Assembly: GCA_021202495.1 (NCBI GenBank)
Contig: JAJQCX010000129.1
Location: 492 to 42,262 of the forward strand
DNA length: 41,771 nt
Source: Clostridia bacterium
GTDB taxonomy: Bacteria > Bacillota > Clostridia > UMGS1883
Direction of reading: 5' to 3'
The position numbers were made by a program, and so were the translations under genes. Each line of letters starts with the position of its first letter. Positions within the stretch are counted from its first letter, which is position 1. Under the pieces are notes generated by a model. That model was not told where the DNA came from and did no database searches. It saw only the letters and a list, made by a program, of their open reading frames with translations. Shown here one piece after another: positions 17,787-29,700 of the stretch.

Positions 17787-17815
17787 TTGAATTTAAAAAG
17801 CAAATGTGGTATGAT
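17787..17815 (+). promoter_or_regulatory. Promoter of tgt.
   Basis: TTGAAT (17787-17792), a 17-nt spacer and TATGAT (17810-17815), with TGG immediately upstream (extended -10). Confidence 0.55.
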
Positions 17816-17823
17816 AGGTTTAA

Positions 17824-18981
<1,158 letters not shown>

Positions 18982-18986
18982 TTATT

Positions 18987-19433
18987 ATGAAAAAGTTTTT
19001 GGCATTGATTTTGGCTTGTGCGTTTTTGACGGCATGTGAGAGCGCGGGCGGCGAGGACAGCATGGGGAAGATAAGCGCGCGGAAGATTGATGAGATTGTG
19101 ATAACGTATTCATCGGACGCGGGCAGCGCGGTGATTGAGGACAGAGACACGATAAAGGAGCTGTGCGCGATGGCACAGGATTTGCGCTTTGAGCTTGACA
19201 CCGAATTGACGATGTCGCTTACGTCGATGTACACTTTGAAATTTATCGACGGCGACAAGGTTGTGCATTATTTGAACTTTGACGGCGAGGGCGCGTTTTG
19301 GTACGACGACAAGGCGGGAAACTACGTCTTGACGGAGGGCGAGGTCAGCTATGACGAGATAGAAAGGCTTTATGAGGAAAATTACGTCGATGAAAATGCG
19401 ACCGAGGATGAGGACGATTTTATATTGGAATGA
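18987..19433 (+). CDS. Small lipoprotein of unknown function.
   Basis: The signal peptide with lipobox is MKKFLALILACAFLTAC, and the C-terminus is acidic. The gene is tightly packed after tgt. Confidence 0.7.
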   Translation: MKKFLALILACAFLTACESAGGEDSMGKISARKIDEIVITYSSDAGSAVIEDRDTIKELCAMAQDLRFELDTELTMSLTSMYTLKFIDGDKVVHYLNFDGEGAFWYDDKAGNYVLTEGEVSYDEIERLYEENYVDENATEDEDDFILE

Positions 19434-19462
19434 TTGACTTATAAAGTTGAAGAGACTATAAT
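19434..19462 (+). promoter_or_regulatory. Sigma-A promoter upstream of the hydrolase-murF-ddl-ftsH block.
   Basis: TTGACT (19434-19439), a 17-nt spacer and TATAAT (19457-19462). Confidence 0.6.
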
Positions 19463-19487
19463 ATCATAGTAAAACGAGGTGACGCGT

Positions 19488-20246
19488 GTGGACAAAGAAG
19501 TGAATATTGACGGGCTGAACGTGAGCTATTGCGACGAGGGCGAGGGGAAAGTGCTGCTGCTCTTTCACGGCTGGGGAGCAAACAAGGAGGCGTTTACTCC
19601 GATAATAAAGAGAATGAGCAAGACCATGCGCGTTGTGGCGCTTGACTTTCCGGGATTCGGCGGGAGCGACGAGCCAAAAGCGGTTTGGGACATTGAAAAA
19701 TACGCGGAGTTTGCGAACAAATTTATTGATGAATTAAATTTGGGAGGAGCGGTTTGGCTGGCACATTCCTTCGGCGGAAGATGCGTGATAAAGCTTTACG
19801 GCATGGTGAAGGAAAAGCCCGAAAAAATTGTGCTGGTTGACAGCGCGGGGATAAAGCCGAGGCGAAAAGCGGGATATTACGTTAAGGTTTATTCCTACAA
19901 GGCGGGGAAAAAGCTGCTTTCGCTGCCGTTGATAAATAAAACGGGACTCTATGAAAAACTGGTTAAAAACGCGGGGAGCAGCGATTACAAAAACCTCTCC
20001 GACGTGATGCGGGGCACAATGTCGAAGGTTGTGAACGAGGATTTGAGAGGGTATTTGCATGAGATAAAATGCCCGGTGCTTCTCATTTGGGGCGACAAGG
20101 ACACGGCGACGCCTATCGGCGACGCGGAGATAATGAATTCGCTTTTGCCCGACAGCGGAATTGTGACGCTTGAGGGTGCGGGGCATTTTTCGTACCTTGA
20201 CAGACCCGCGAAATTTTACGCGGCTTTGGAATATTTTGTGAAGTGA
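19488..20246 (+). CDS. Alpha/beta-fold hydrolase.
   Basis: HGWGAN forms the oxyanion region, the nucleophile elbow is AHSFGG, and the C-terminal GAGHF supplies the catalytic His region. GTG 19488 lies 6 nt after GAGGTG, and the track start at 19479 overlaps that RBS. Confidence 0.85.
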   Translation: MDKEVNIDGLNVSYCDEGEGKVLLLFHGWGANKEAFTPIIKRMSKTMRVVALDFPGFGGSDEPKAVWDIEKYAEFANKFIDELNLGGAVWLAHSFGGRCVIKLYGMVKEKPEKIVLVDSAGIKPRRKAGYYVKVYSYKAGKKLLSLPLINKTGLYEKLVKNAGSSDYKNLSDVMRGTMSKVVNEDLRGYLHEIKCPVLLIWGDKDTATPIGDAEIMNSLLPDSGIVTLEGAGHFSYLDRPAKFYAALEYFVK

Positions 20247-20256
20247 GGGGATAGAA

Positions 20257-21822
20257 ATGGGAGACGGATTGACGGCGGCGCTCTATGTGATAGTGGCGGT
20301 GATACACATTTGGGTGTTGATGAGCGGAACATATCGGCATTTCAATCACATTTTGCAGCTTAATTCATACTACAATTCGCGCTACGGGGGATATTTGAAG
20401 AAAAATGTGCGCGACGCGGTTGACGTGAAGGCGATCATTGCGCTTTTGGCGTATTTATTTTTGCTGCTCGACATCGGAGCGTTTCCGGCGGTGTCGGCAT
20501 ATGCGTTAATTTACCTTTTGCTTGACATGGCAAAGCCGAAAAAGGAGGAAAAAAAGCCGCTTGTTGTGACGGACAGGGTGAAGAGGCTGATGACGACGGA
20601 GTGCGTTTTGGCGCTTGTTATCATGGCGGCGGGCTTTTTTGTGCCGAGGATTTACATTCCGCTGCTTCTCTTTGCGGCGGCAATCTTGGCGCCCGTTATT
20701 GTAATGCTCGCAAATGTGATAAACGCGCCTGTTGAAAAGGGGATAAACAAAAAATTTTACAACAGTGCGAAGGAAAAGCTTGAGATGATGCCGAATTTGA
20801 AGATTATCGGCATTACCGGAAGCTACGGTAAGACGAGCGTGAAAAACTTTGTGACGGAGCTTTTGTCGGAAAAGTACAACACGTTGATGACGCCTGCAAG
20901 CTACAATACGACGATGGGCGTTGTGAGAACGATAAACGAAAATCTTTCGCCGCTGCACGATGTGTTTGTCGTGGAAATGGGGGCACGAAACAAGGGAGAC
21001 ATAAAGGAAATATGCGACCTTGTGAAGCCGCAGTGCGCGATTGTGACGTCGATCGGGCCGCAGCATTTGGAGACGTTTAAGACGATTGAGACGATAATCG
21101 ACACAAAATTTGAGCTTGTCGACGCGGTGGGCGAGGGATATAAATTTTTAAATTACGATAACGAATACATACGCGCGCGTGGAGGCGGGAATAATACGAT
21201 AAGCTACGGAACGGACGAGACGTGCGATTTTTACGCGAAAGACATAAAGGTTACGACGTCGGGCAGCGAATTTACGCTTGTGACAAAGAGCGGCGAGGCG
21301 AAAATGAAGACGAAGCTCTTGGGTGAGCACAACGTTGTGAACCTCGTCGGCGCGGCGGCTGTGGCGGTGAATTTCGGCATGACGCTCGATGAGATTGCGA
21401 TTGCGATGAGGAGAATCGAGAGCGTGGAGCACCGTTTGCAGCTCAAGAAAACGGCGGACTGCACGATAATCGACGACGCGTACAATTCCAACCCTTCAGG
21501 GGCGAAGAGTGCGCTTGAAACGCTGTCGCGCTTTGAGGGGTGCAGAATTGTGATAACGCCGGGAATGGTGGAGCTCGGTGAACGCGAGGTTGAGGAAAAC
21601 GAAAAGATGGGCGCGATTGCGGCGAAATGCTCCGATGTTGCGATATTCGTCGGACAAAAGCAGGCACCGGCGCTGATAAGAGGCGCGGCGAAAGTCGAGG
21701 GCGAAAAGGCGCGGATAATCGCGGCGAGGGACATTTACGAAGCGTTTGCGAAGATGCGCGAAATCGAGGCGGAAAATAAGGTCGTTTTGTTGGAAAATGA
21801 CTTGCCGGACAACTATTTATAA
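20257..21822 (+). CDS. murF: MurF-like Mur ligase (UDP-MurNAc-tripeptide--D-Ala-D-Ala ligase family) with an N-terminal polytopic membrane segment.
   Basis: The central domain P-loop is GITGSYGKTS and the C-terminal domain has DDAYNSNP, which is MurF-like. The gene lies immediately upstream of ddl. The first roughly 160 aa are 4-5 hydrophobic helices instead of the usual soluble N-terminal domain. Confidence 0.78.
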   Translation: MGDGLTAALYVIVAVIHIWVLMSGTYRHFNHILQLNSYYNSRYGGYLKKNVRDAVDVKAIIALLAYLFLLLDIGAFPAVSAYALIYLLLDMAKPKKEEKKPLVVTDRVKRLMTTECVLALVIMAAGFFVPRIYIPLLLFAAAILAPVIVMLANVINAPVEKGINKKFYNSAKEKLEMMPNLKIIGITGSYGKTSVKNFVTELLSEKYNTLMTPASYNTTMGVVRTINENLSPLHDVFVVEMGARNKGDIKEICDLVKPQCAIVTSIGPQHLETFKTIETIIDTKFELVDAVGEGYKFLNYDNEYIRARGGGNNTISYGTDETCDFYAKDIKVTTSGSEFTLVTKSGEAKMKTKLLGEHNVVNLVGAAAVAVNFGMTLDEIAIAMRRIESVEHRLQLKKTADCTIIDDAYNSNPSGAKSALETLSRFEGCRIVITPGMVELGEREVEENEKMGAIAAKCSDVAIFVGQKQAPALIRGAAKVEGEKARIIAARDIYEAFAKMREIEAENKVVLLENDLPDNYL

Positions 21823-21836
21823 TGGGAGTGATATAT

Positions 21837-23048
21837 ATGGCAAAATCGATGAAAATTGCGGTCGGCGTGCTTTTCGGCGGCAACAGTGTGGAGCATGAGG
21901 TGTCGGTCATTTCGGCAAATCAGGCGATGCACGCGCTCAATGCCGAAAAATATGACGTTGTGCCGATTTACATAACGAAGGACAGCCGCTTTTTTACGGG
22001 TGCGGCGCTGATGAATATTGAAAAATACAAAAACATTCCCTCGCTTTTGAACGAGTGCGAGGAAGTCATCTTGAAAAAGGGCGCGCAAAAGGCTAAGGCG
22101 GAGCTTGTGAGAGCGGTGCCTAAGCATTTCGGAACAAATGTTGTAAAAACGGTAGACATATTTTTGCCGGTGGTACACGGAACGAACGTTGAGGACGGGA
22201 CGCTGCAGGGCTATCTTGAAATGCTCGGTGTGCCATACTGCGGCTGCGACGTGACAAGTTCGGCGCTCGGAATGGACAAATACGCAATGAAGTGCGTTTT
22301 GAAGGACGCGGGAGTAAAGGTGCTTGACGCGGTGTGCTTTTACGGAAAGGAATATTTTAAGGCACAGGAGGCAAAGATTGCGGAGATTGAGGAAAAGATC
22401 GGTTATCCGATGATTGTGAAGCCCGTGAACCTCGGTTCGAGCGTGGGGATAAAAAAGGCGCACGACCGTGAGGAATTGATTGATGCGATTGACGAGGCGG
22501 CGGGATTTGCGCCGAAGATATTGGTTGAGAGAGCCGTTGAAAAGCTGCGCGAGGTCAACTGCTCGGTAATAGGCGACTACGAGAGGGCGGAAAGCTCCGT
22601 TTTGGAGGAGCCGATAAATTCGGACGAGATTTTGAGCTACAAGGACAAATACCAGGGCGGAAGCAAGGACGGCTCGAAGGGGATGAGCGGCAGCAGCCGC
22701 AAGGTGCCCGCCGAAGTGACGGAGGAGCAGGAAAAGACGATCCGCGAAATGTGCGAAAGGACGTTTAAGGCGTTGGGCTGCAGCGGCGTGGCGCGCATCG
22801 ATGTGATGATTGATGAAGCGGACGGGCAGATTTATGTAAATGAGATAAATACGATCCCCGGCTCACTTTCGTTTTACCTTTGGGAGGCGGCGGGAGTGCC
22901 GTTTGAAAAGCTGATGGATAAAATAATCGAGTGTGGAGAAAAGAAATTCCGCGAAAGGGAAAAGCTGAGCTTTTCGTATGATACGAATCTTTTGTCGAGT
23001 TTTGACGCTAAGGGATTAAAGAACGGAGCGAAAAACTCCGCGAAATAG
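21837..23048 (+). CDS. ddl: D-alanine--D-alanine ligase (long form).
   Basis: The N-terminus MAKSMKIAVGVLFGGNSVEHEVSVISA is typical of Ddl, and ATP-grasp blocks are present (PMIVKPVNLGSSVGI, ARIDVMI...YVNEINTIPG). ATG 21837 follows GGGAG, while the track start at 21822 overlaps the murF stop. Confidence 0.93.
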   Translation: MAKSMKIAVGVLFGGNSVEHEVSVISANQAMHALNAEKYDVVPIYITKDSRFFTGAALMNIEKYKNIPSLLNECEEVILKKGAQKAKAELVRAVPKHFGTNVVKTVDIFLPVVHGTNVEDGTLQGYLEMLGVPYCGCDVTSSALGMDKYAMKCVLKDAGVKVLDAVCFYGKEYFKAQEAKIAEIEEKIGYPMIVKPVNLGSSVGIKKAHDREELIDAIDEAAGFAPKILVERAVEKLREVNCSVIGDYERAESSVLEEPINSDEILSYKDKYQGGSKDGSKGMSGSSRKVPAEVTEEQEKTIREMCERTFKALGCSGVARIDVMIDEADGQIYVNEINTIPGSLSFYLWEAAGVPFEKLMDKIIECGEKKFREREKLSFSYDTNLLSSFDAKGLKNGAKNSAK

Positions 23049-23059
23049 GAGATTTTTAT

Positions 23060-24895
23060 ATGCAGGATAAAAATGACCGAAGAAGACCGAACAGGCGGAT
23101 ATTGATTATTTATATTGCGACTGTGATATTTATTATTATCGCGAACCTCATTTGGTACCCGCGGACGACGTCGCAGGTGGTAGAGCCCGTGAGCTATGGC
23201 ACATTTATGACGATGATTGACAACGGGGAAATTTCGGAGGCGCAGATCGGTTCATCGACGATAATTTTTGCAGACAATTCCGACCCGAAAAATTATTACA
23301 GCACGACGCCTGTGAGCGACCCGACGTTGGCGGAGCGGCTGCATGAGGCGGGCGCGGATATAAGCCAGGAGGTTGTGAAAGAGGAAACCTCGATCTTGGG
23401 CTTTTTGTTTTCGATGGCGATACCTATCGTGTTCTTTCTTTTGATGGGGAGAATGCTCTCGAAGATGATGACGAAACGCATGGGCGGAACGATGAGCTTC
23501 GGAAAGTCGAACGCGAAGGTCTATGTTAAATCGTCAAACGGAGTTAAATTCAGCGACGTTGAGGGCGAGGACGAGGCAAAGGAAGTTTTGCGCGAAATAG
23601 TCGATTTTTTGCACGACCCGAAAAAATACAGCGAGATCGGCGCGGTGATGCCCAAGGGCGCTCTTTTGGTGGGCCCTCCCGGAACGGGCAAGACGCTTCT
23701 CGCGAAAGCAGTCGCGGGTGAGGCGGAGGTGCCGTTTTTCTCGATTTCGGGCTCGGAATTTGTGGAGATGTTCGTCGGAATGGGCGCGGCAAAGGTGCGC
23801 GATTTGTTTAAGCAGGCAAACGAAAAAGCGCCGTGCATAGTTTTTATTGATGAGATAGACACAATAGGCAAAAAGCGTGACGGCAGCGGCTACGGCGGAA
23901 ACGACGAGCGCGAGCAGACGTTAAATCAGCTTTTAACCGAGATGGACGGCTTTGACGGCAGCCGCGGAGTTATCATTTTGGCGGCGACGAATAGACCCGA
24001 AACTCTTGACCCCGCTCTTTTGCGTCCGGGACGCTTTGACAGGCGCGTGCCGGTAAATCTCCCCGATTTGGCGGGACGCGAGGCAATTTTGAGGCTGCAC
24101 GCGAAAAAGATTAAGATTGCGGACAACATTAACTTTAACGAAGTGGCGCGTGCGGCGTCGGGTGCGTCGGGCGCGGAGCTTGCGAATATTGTCAACGAGG
24201 CGGCGCTGCACGCGGTGAAATGCGGACGAAATGTCGTCATACAGGAGGACATGGAGGAGAGCGTTGAGGTTGTAATCGCGGGCTATCAGAGAAAGAACAA
24301 GATACTTTCAAACAAGGAAAAGATTATCGTGGCATATCACGAGGTGGGACATGCTTTGACGGCGGCGCTGCAGACACATTCCGCGCCCGTGACAAAGATA
24401 ACGATAATCCCTAGAACATCGGGTGCGCTCGGCTACACAATGCAGGTTGCGGAGGAAGAGCGCAATCTCATGACGCGCGAGGAGATTGAAAACAAAATTG
24501 TCACGCTGACGGGCGGAAGAGTTGCGGAGGAAATAATATTTAACTCGATAACGACCGGCGCATCGAACGACATCGAGCAGGCGACGAAGCTCGCGCGGGC
24601 GATGATAACGCGCTACGGAATGAACGAAGAGATAGGCATGGTTGCGCTTGAAACGGTGACAAATCAATATTTGGGCGGGGACACGTCGATGGTGTGCTCG
24701 CCGGAAATGGCGGCAAAGGTGGACAAAATGGTGATTGACCTTGTGGCAAAGGCATATGACAAGGCGAAAGCGCTTTTGACGCAAAATACCGCGAAGCTGC
24801 ACGAGCTTGCGAAATATCTCTATGACAAAGAGACGATAACGGGCGATGAATTTATGGATATTTTGGAGCATGGTGTAAAGGCGATTGAGGGATAG
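23060..24895 (+). CDS. ftsH: ATP-dependent zinc metalloprotease FtsH.
   Basis: There is an N-terminal TM helix. Walker A is GPPGTGKT, Walker B is IVFIDEID, the SRH is present, and the zinc site is HEVGHAL. Confidence 0.97.
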   Translation: MQDKNDRRRPNRRILIIYIATVIFIIIANLIWYPRTTSQVVEPVSYGTFMTMIDNGEISEAQIGSSTIIFADNSDPKNYYSTTPVSDPTLAERLHEAGADISQEVVKEETSILGFLFSMAIPIVFFLLMGRMLSKMMTKRMGGTMSFGKSNAKVYVKSSNGVKFSDVEGEDEAKEVLREIVDFLHDPKKYSEIGAVMPKGALLVGPPGTGKTLLAKAVAGEAEVPFFSISGSEFVEMFVGMGAAKVRDLFKQANEKAPCIVFIDEIDTIGKKRDGSGYGGNDEREQTLNQLLTEMDGFDGSRGVIILAATNRPETLDPALLRPGRFDRRVPVNLPDLAGREAILRLHAKKIKIADNINFNEVARAASGASGAELANIVNEAALHAVKCGRNVVIQEDMEESVEVVIAGYQRKNKILSNKEKIIVAYHEVGHALTAALQTHSAPVTKITIIPRTSGALGYTMQVAEEERNLMTREEIENKIVTLTGGRVAEEIIFNSITTGASNDIEQATKLARAMITRYGMNEEIGMVALETVTNQYLGGDTSMVCSPEMAAKVDKMVIDLVAKAYDKAKALLTQNTAKLHELAKYLYDKETITGDEFMDILEHGVKAIEG

Positions 24896-24901
24896 TTGAA
24901 T

Positions 24902-24946
24902 GAGGCACAATTGCGGCAAACGGACGCGGTTGTGTCTCTATTTTTT
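24902..24946 (+). terminator. Rho-independent terminator after ftsH.
   Basis: A 14-bp stem including 3 G-U pairs joins 24902-24915 with 24925-24938. It is followed by TATTTTTT. Confidence 0.7.
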
Positions 24947-24948
24947 CG

Positions 24949-24977
24949 TTGACTAAAGGGTGAAGAGATGTTATAAT
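24949..24977 (+). promoter_or_regulatory. Promoter of ilvD.
   Basis: TTGACT (24949-24954), a 17-nt spacer and TATAAT (24972-24977). The ATG lies 36 nt downstream. Confidence 0.6.
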
Positions 24978-25012
24978 ACGATTGTATATGAAGAACAAGG
25001 AGATAGATTGAA

Positions 25013-26671
25013 ATGAGAAGCGATATAATAACAAAGGGCGTGAACGCGGCTCCGCAGAGGGCGCTGCTTCGTGCTTTGGGCGTTTCGGACAATGAGATGG
25101 GCAAGCCGCTCATCGGAATTGTGAGCTCATATAATGAAATTGTGCCGGGGCACATGAACATTGATAAGGTTGTCGAGGCTGTGAAGCAGGGCGTCAGCCT
25201 GGCGGGCGGCGTGCCGTTCGTTTTCCCGGCAATTGCGGTGTGCGACGGCATTGCGATGGGTCATGCGGGCATGAAATATTCGCTTGTAACGCGCGAGCTG
25301 ATTGCGGATTCAACCGAGGCTATGGCAACGGCGCATCCGTTTGACGGGCTTGTAATGGTGCCCAACTGTGACAAGAACGTGCCGGGGCTTTTGATGGCGG
25401 CGGCAAGAGTGAACATTCCGTCAATCTTTGTTTCGGGCGGTCCGATGCTGGCGGGCAGAGTTGACGGGCACAATGTGAGCTATTCAAACGTTTCCGAGGC
25501 TGTGAGCGAATACAGAGTGGGCAAGATGGACGAGGAAAAGCTTTGCGAATACGAAAACAAGGCATGTCCGTCGTGCGGGTCGTGCTCGGGTATGTTCACG
25601 GCAAACTCAATGAACTGCTTGACCGAGGTTTTGGGAATGGGTCTTCCGGGCAACGGCACTATTCCTGCGGTATATTCGGCAAGAATAAGGCTGGCGAAAG
25701 ACGCGGGCTACAGAATTGTCGATATGGTGAAGAAGGATTTGAAGCCGAGAGACATTATGACGCCTGCGGCGTTTAAGAACGCGCTCACGATTGACATGGC
25801 GCTCGGGTGCAGCACGAACAGCATGCTGCATTTGCCGGCGATTGCGCATGAGTGCGGAATTGACCTTGACCTTGAAATGGCGAACGCCATTTCGGACAAG
25901 ACGCCGAATTTGTGCCATTTGGCACCTGCGGGCAGTCACTACATAGAGCAGCTTGACGAGGCGGGCGGCATAAGAGCCGTTATGCACGAGATAGACAAGC
26001 TGGGACTGCTCGACACGTCGCTTATGACCTGCACGGGTAAGACGATTGCGGAAAATATTGAAGGCTGCGAGATTAGAAATACGGAAATTATTCACCCCGT
26101 GACAAATCCGTACAGCAAAGAGGGCGGAATCGCCGTATTGAAGGGCAACATTGCGCCCGACGGCTGTGTTGTAAAGAGAAGTGCTGTTGCGCCGGAAATG
26201 ATGAGTCACAGCGGAAAGGCGAGAGTGTTCGACTGCGAAGAGGATGCGCTTGACGCGATATATGGCGGAAAGATCAATCCCGGCGAGGTTGTTGTGATAA
26301 GATATGAGGGTCCCAAGGGCGGTCCCGGAATGCGCGAGATGTTAAACCCGACCTCCGCTATAATGGGCAGCGGGCTCGGAAACTGCGTGGCGCTGATAAC
26401 GGACGGACGTTTTTCAGGAGCGACGAGAGGCGCGGCGATAGGTCACGTTTCGCCGGAGGCTGCGGTCGGAGGTTCGATTGCGCTTATCGAAGAGGGTGAC
26501 ATTATTGAAATAGACATTCCGAAAAACACGATAAATGTGCTCGTTTCGGACGAGGTTCTTGAGGAAAGACGCAAAGCTTGGCAGCCGAGAGAGCCGAGGA
26601 TAACCACAGGATACCTTGCCCGCTACGCAAAACTTGTTTCAAGCGGATGCAGCGGCGCTGTATTGAGCTAA
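25013..26671 (+). CDS. ilvD: Dihydroxy-acid dehydratase.
   Basis: The 552-aa protein has canonical blocks: [33 protein letters not shown] and [10 protein letters not shown]. Confidence 0.97.
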   Translation: MRSDIITKGVNAAPQRALLRALGVSDNEMGKPLIGIVSSYNEIVPGHMNIDKVVEAVKQGVSLAGGVPFVFPAIAVCDGIAMGHAGMKYSLVTRELIADSTEAMATAHPFDGLVMVPNCDKNVPGLLMAAARVNIPSIFVSGGPMLAGRVDGHNVSYSNVSEAVSEYRVGKMDEEKLCEYENKACPSCGSCSGMFTANSMNCLTEVLGMGLPGNGTIPAVYSARIRLAKDAGYRIVDMVKKDLKPRDIMTPAAFKNALTIDMALGCSTNSMLHLPAIAHECGIDLDLEMANAISDKTPNLCHLAPAGSHYIEQLDEAGGIRAVMHEIDKLGLLDTSLMTCTGKTIAENIEGCEIRNTEIIHPVTNPYSKEGGIAVLKGNIAPDGCVVKRSAVAPEMMSHSGKARVFDCEEDALDAIYGGKINPGEVVVIRYEGPKGGPGMREMLNPTSAIMGSGLGNCVALITDGRFSGATRGAAIGHVSPEAAVGGSIALIEEGDIIEIDIPKNTINVLVSDEVLEERRKAWQPREPRITTGYLARYAKLVSSGCSGAVLS

Positions 26672-26736
26672 ACTCAATGAGTGAGGCTCGGAAATATCCA
26701 ATTTTAAATTCTTTTAATTTTTCAAAGGGAGGACAA

Positions 26737-29700
26737 ATGGAAATGAGAAAATTCATTTCAATTGTGCTGTCGCTGGCAATGCTTTTGGCGTTTTTGCCGG
26801 TCGTGGGCTTGGCGGCTGACAGCAACACTGTTACAGCCGTAAGGACGGCGTATTTCAACAGCGCGTCGGAATGGGCGCTGTATGACACGTCGACGAACAG
26901 CGACAACATTCTTGTTGCGTCAAGCGGCAGCGATTCATGGCAGGCTGAGAGCAGCTTTACCGATGAAGACGGAACGGTGACAAGCCAATCGTCGCTTTCG
27001 GGTACCGGCTTTGCGACGCCGAGAAACGCACTTATCGCGTTCACAATCCCCGAGGATTTTGACGCGGACAGCGTTGCGAGAGTGACGCTCAGCATGACGG
27101 TTAAGAACGTGAAGCAGGTGACGAGCGGGGCGAGACTTGCCGTTTACGGTAACTCACTTAGCGGCGAATGGAGCCTTTCTACGGGAAGAGCGGCATTCAC
27201 GGGCTCGAGCGACACATCCGTTTCGGGACTTTCCAACCTGACATGTCTCGGCTTGACGGACGCGATACAGACGGGCAATCAGACGTCCGAATCGGCATCG
27301 GGCGAGACGATAACATTGACGTCGGTTGCATTGACAAATTACGTTAAGGAAATGGCGGCGGCGGGATATACCGAGGTTACGTTCCGCTTGGCGACGCCCC
27401 TCGGCGGAATAAGAATTTACTCTTATAATACCGATTACGCGCCGACGCTGACAATTTCCGAAGGTACGCTTTCGAGCGTAAACGTTAAAACGGTTTACTA
27501 CGACGGCGAAACATTGGTTAGCAGCGAGAGCGAAACAATGAACAATCTTGTTGCGGGCGAGGAATATACATACAGCTCTTCTTCGATTGAGTCGTATGTG
27601 ACAATCGGAAGCGACATCTACTGCTATGATTCGGAAAAATCGAGCCTTACGGTTACGGTTGCAGAGGACGGATCGAGCGAGGTTGTTATTGCTTATACAA
27701 AGTATGACGCGGCAAATTCGTTCTCCGGCTATGAGCTGACGGACGAGGGCGCATGGTGCTGGTTCGCCGACCCGAGAAGCATTTCCTATAAGAACGACGA
27801 GGGAACGCTTGATTTTACGATTATCGGCTACATCGACGTTCACGGAAACATTAAGGCGACGCAGATTGACAATTTGACGAATACAACCGAAGAAGTTTTA
27901 ATTCGCTCCAACATTCAGCCGGACGACCATAACAACCCGACGTTTTTGGTGCTGCCGGATGAGAGAATAATTGTGTTCTATTCGCGCCACACCGACGAGG
28001 CGTGCTTCTGGTACAGAGTGACGGCCGAGAAGGGCGATTTGACGACATTGGGCGAGGAAAAGTGCCTCAAGACGAGTGCGAACACGACATATCCGTCGCC
28101 GTTCATACTTTCCGACGACCCGGATCACATTTACCTCTGCTGGAGAGGCATAAACTGGCATCCGACGATTGCTCAGCTTTCGCTTCCGGATGAAAACGGT
28201 GATTTGGAATTCACATTCGGTCCCTATCAGATGGTGCAGTCTACAGGCGCAAGACCGTATGCGAAGTATGCTTCAAACGGCAAGGACAAGATTTACGTTA
28301 CATATACGACCGGACACCCCGACAACGAGCAGCCCAACTGGGTATATTTCAACCAAATTGACATTGCGACAATGACGATTGAGGATATCTACGGCAATAC
28401 GCTTTCGACGATTGAGGACGGTACGCTTGCAGTAAATAAGACGGATTACAGTCAGACATTCATTGTTGACACGGCTGACGGAAGCTATCGCGACTGGGTA
28501 TGGCAGACGGCGATAGGCGACGACGGCTATCCTGTTATAGCGATGGTAAGAATAAGCGGCGGCAAGACGAGCCACGATTACTATTATGTAAAGTGGAACG
28601 GCTCTGAATGGGTTACGACATATCTCATCAACGGCGGCGGCGCATTCCACCAGTCGTCCGGACTTGAAATGTGCTATTCGGGCGGTATGGCGATTGACCC
28701 GGACAACACGAACGTTATATACGTTTCCGCACCGGTTACGGGCGTATTCGGAGACGTTTATGAAATAATCAAGTTCACAATGAGCGACGACGGAACGGAA
28801 GTTCTTTCTCAGGAGCAGATAACGAGCAATTCGCAGTATAACAACGTGCGTCCGTATGTTATTCCCAATTCAGAGGACAACGACTTGAGACTTATCTGGA
28901 TGTACGGCGAATATTACGACTGGATTGTCAGCAGCTCTTATACAACACAGGGCTTCTGCACGGCGGTTCACACAGAGGTTCCTGTGCCTGAAAGCGACGT
29001 TGACCTTTCGGGAGCAATAGCGGAAGAAACATATGACGAAATAGGCGGCGTATTCGTTTCGACGGAAGAGACGGCGAATATTGTTGAGACGTCGGCTGCG
29101 GGTGCGTTCACTGTTTCGGCTGATATTTACTTGGACGGCACGGGCAGCATAATTGACATGGGCGGCATTTCGTTTGCGGTTACCGAAATGGAAACGCAGT
29201 ACGGCGCAAGTGCGACAGGCACGAGAAAGAGAGCCGTTACAACCGTGAACGGCGAGGAATATATTTCCTCAAATGTGTACGGAACAAGCGACATTTGGAC
29301 GACGTTCAGCCGCGGAACGAGCAGCGAGTACGGTATTTCGGACTATGACGGATATGTAAATCTCACGTTCGTATATGACGGAGAGAAGGTTAAGGTTTAC
29401 CGCGACGGACTTCTCGATCAAAACATTGAGGCAACGGATGTTACGCTTTCCGATGTTAAGATCGGCGGATTTGAAGGATATGCCGAAAACGTTGTAGTTT
29501 ACGACAGAGCGCTTAATTCCGACGAGGTTAAGGCATTGGCTGAGGTTGACTACGAGGTAGTGGACGTTGAGGCAGAGGGCGACGTGACTGTAACGATAAA
29601 TTACACAACGACGCTCGGTAATACAATCAAGGCTTCCGAAACGATAACATTGCCCTACGGAACCGATGTATATAATTTTGCGACAGATACTCTCTTTACG

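Noticed and set aside
26578-26736. N-terminal extension of the 1351-aa track ORF overlapping the 3' end of ilvD.
   Set aside because: There is no RBS at 26578, the extension overlaps ilvD coding sequence, and the residues are not signal-like. ATG 26737 has a strong AAAGGGAGG RBS and starts a canonical signal peptide.
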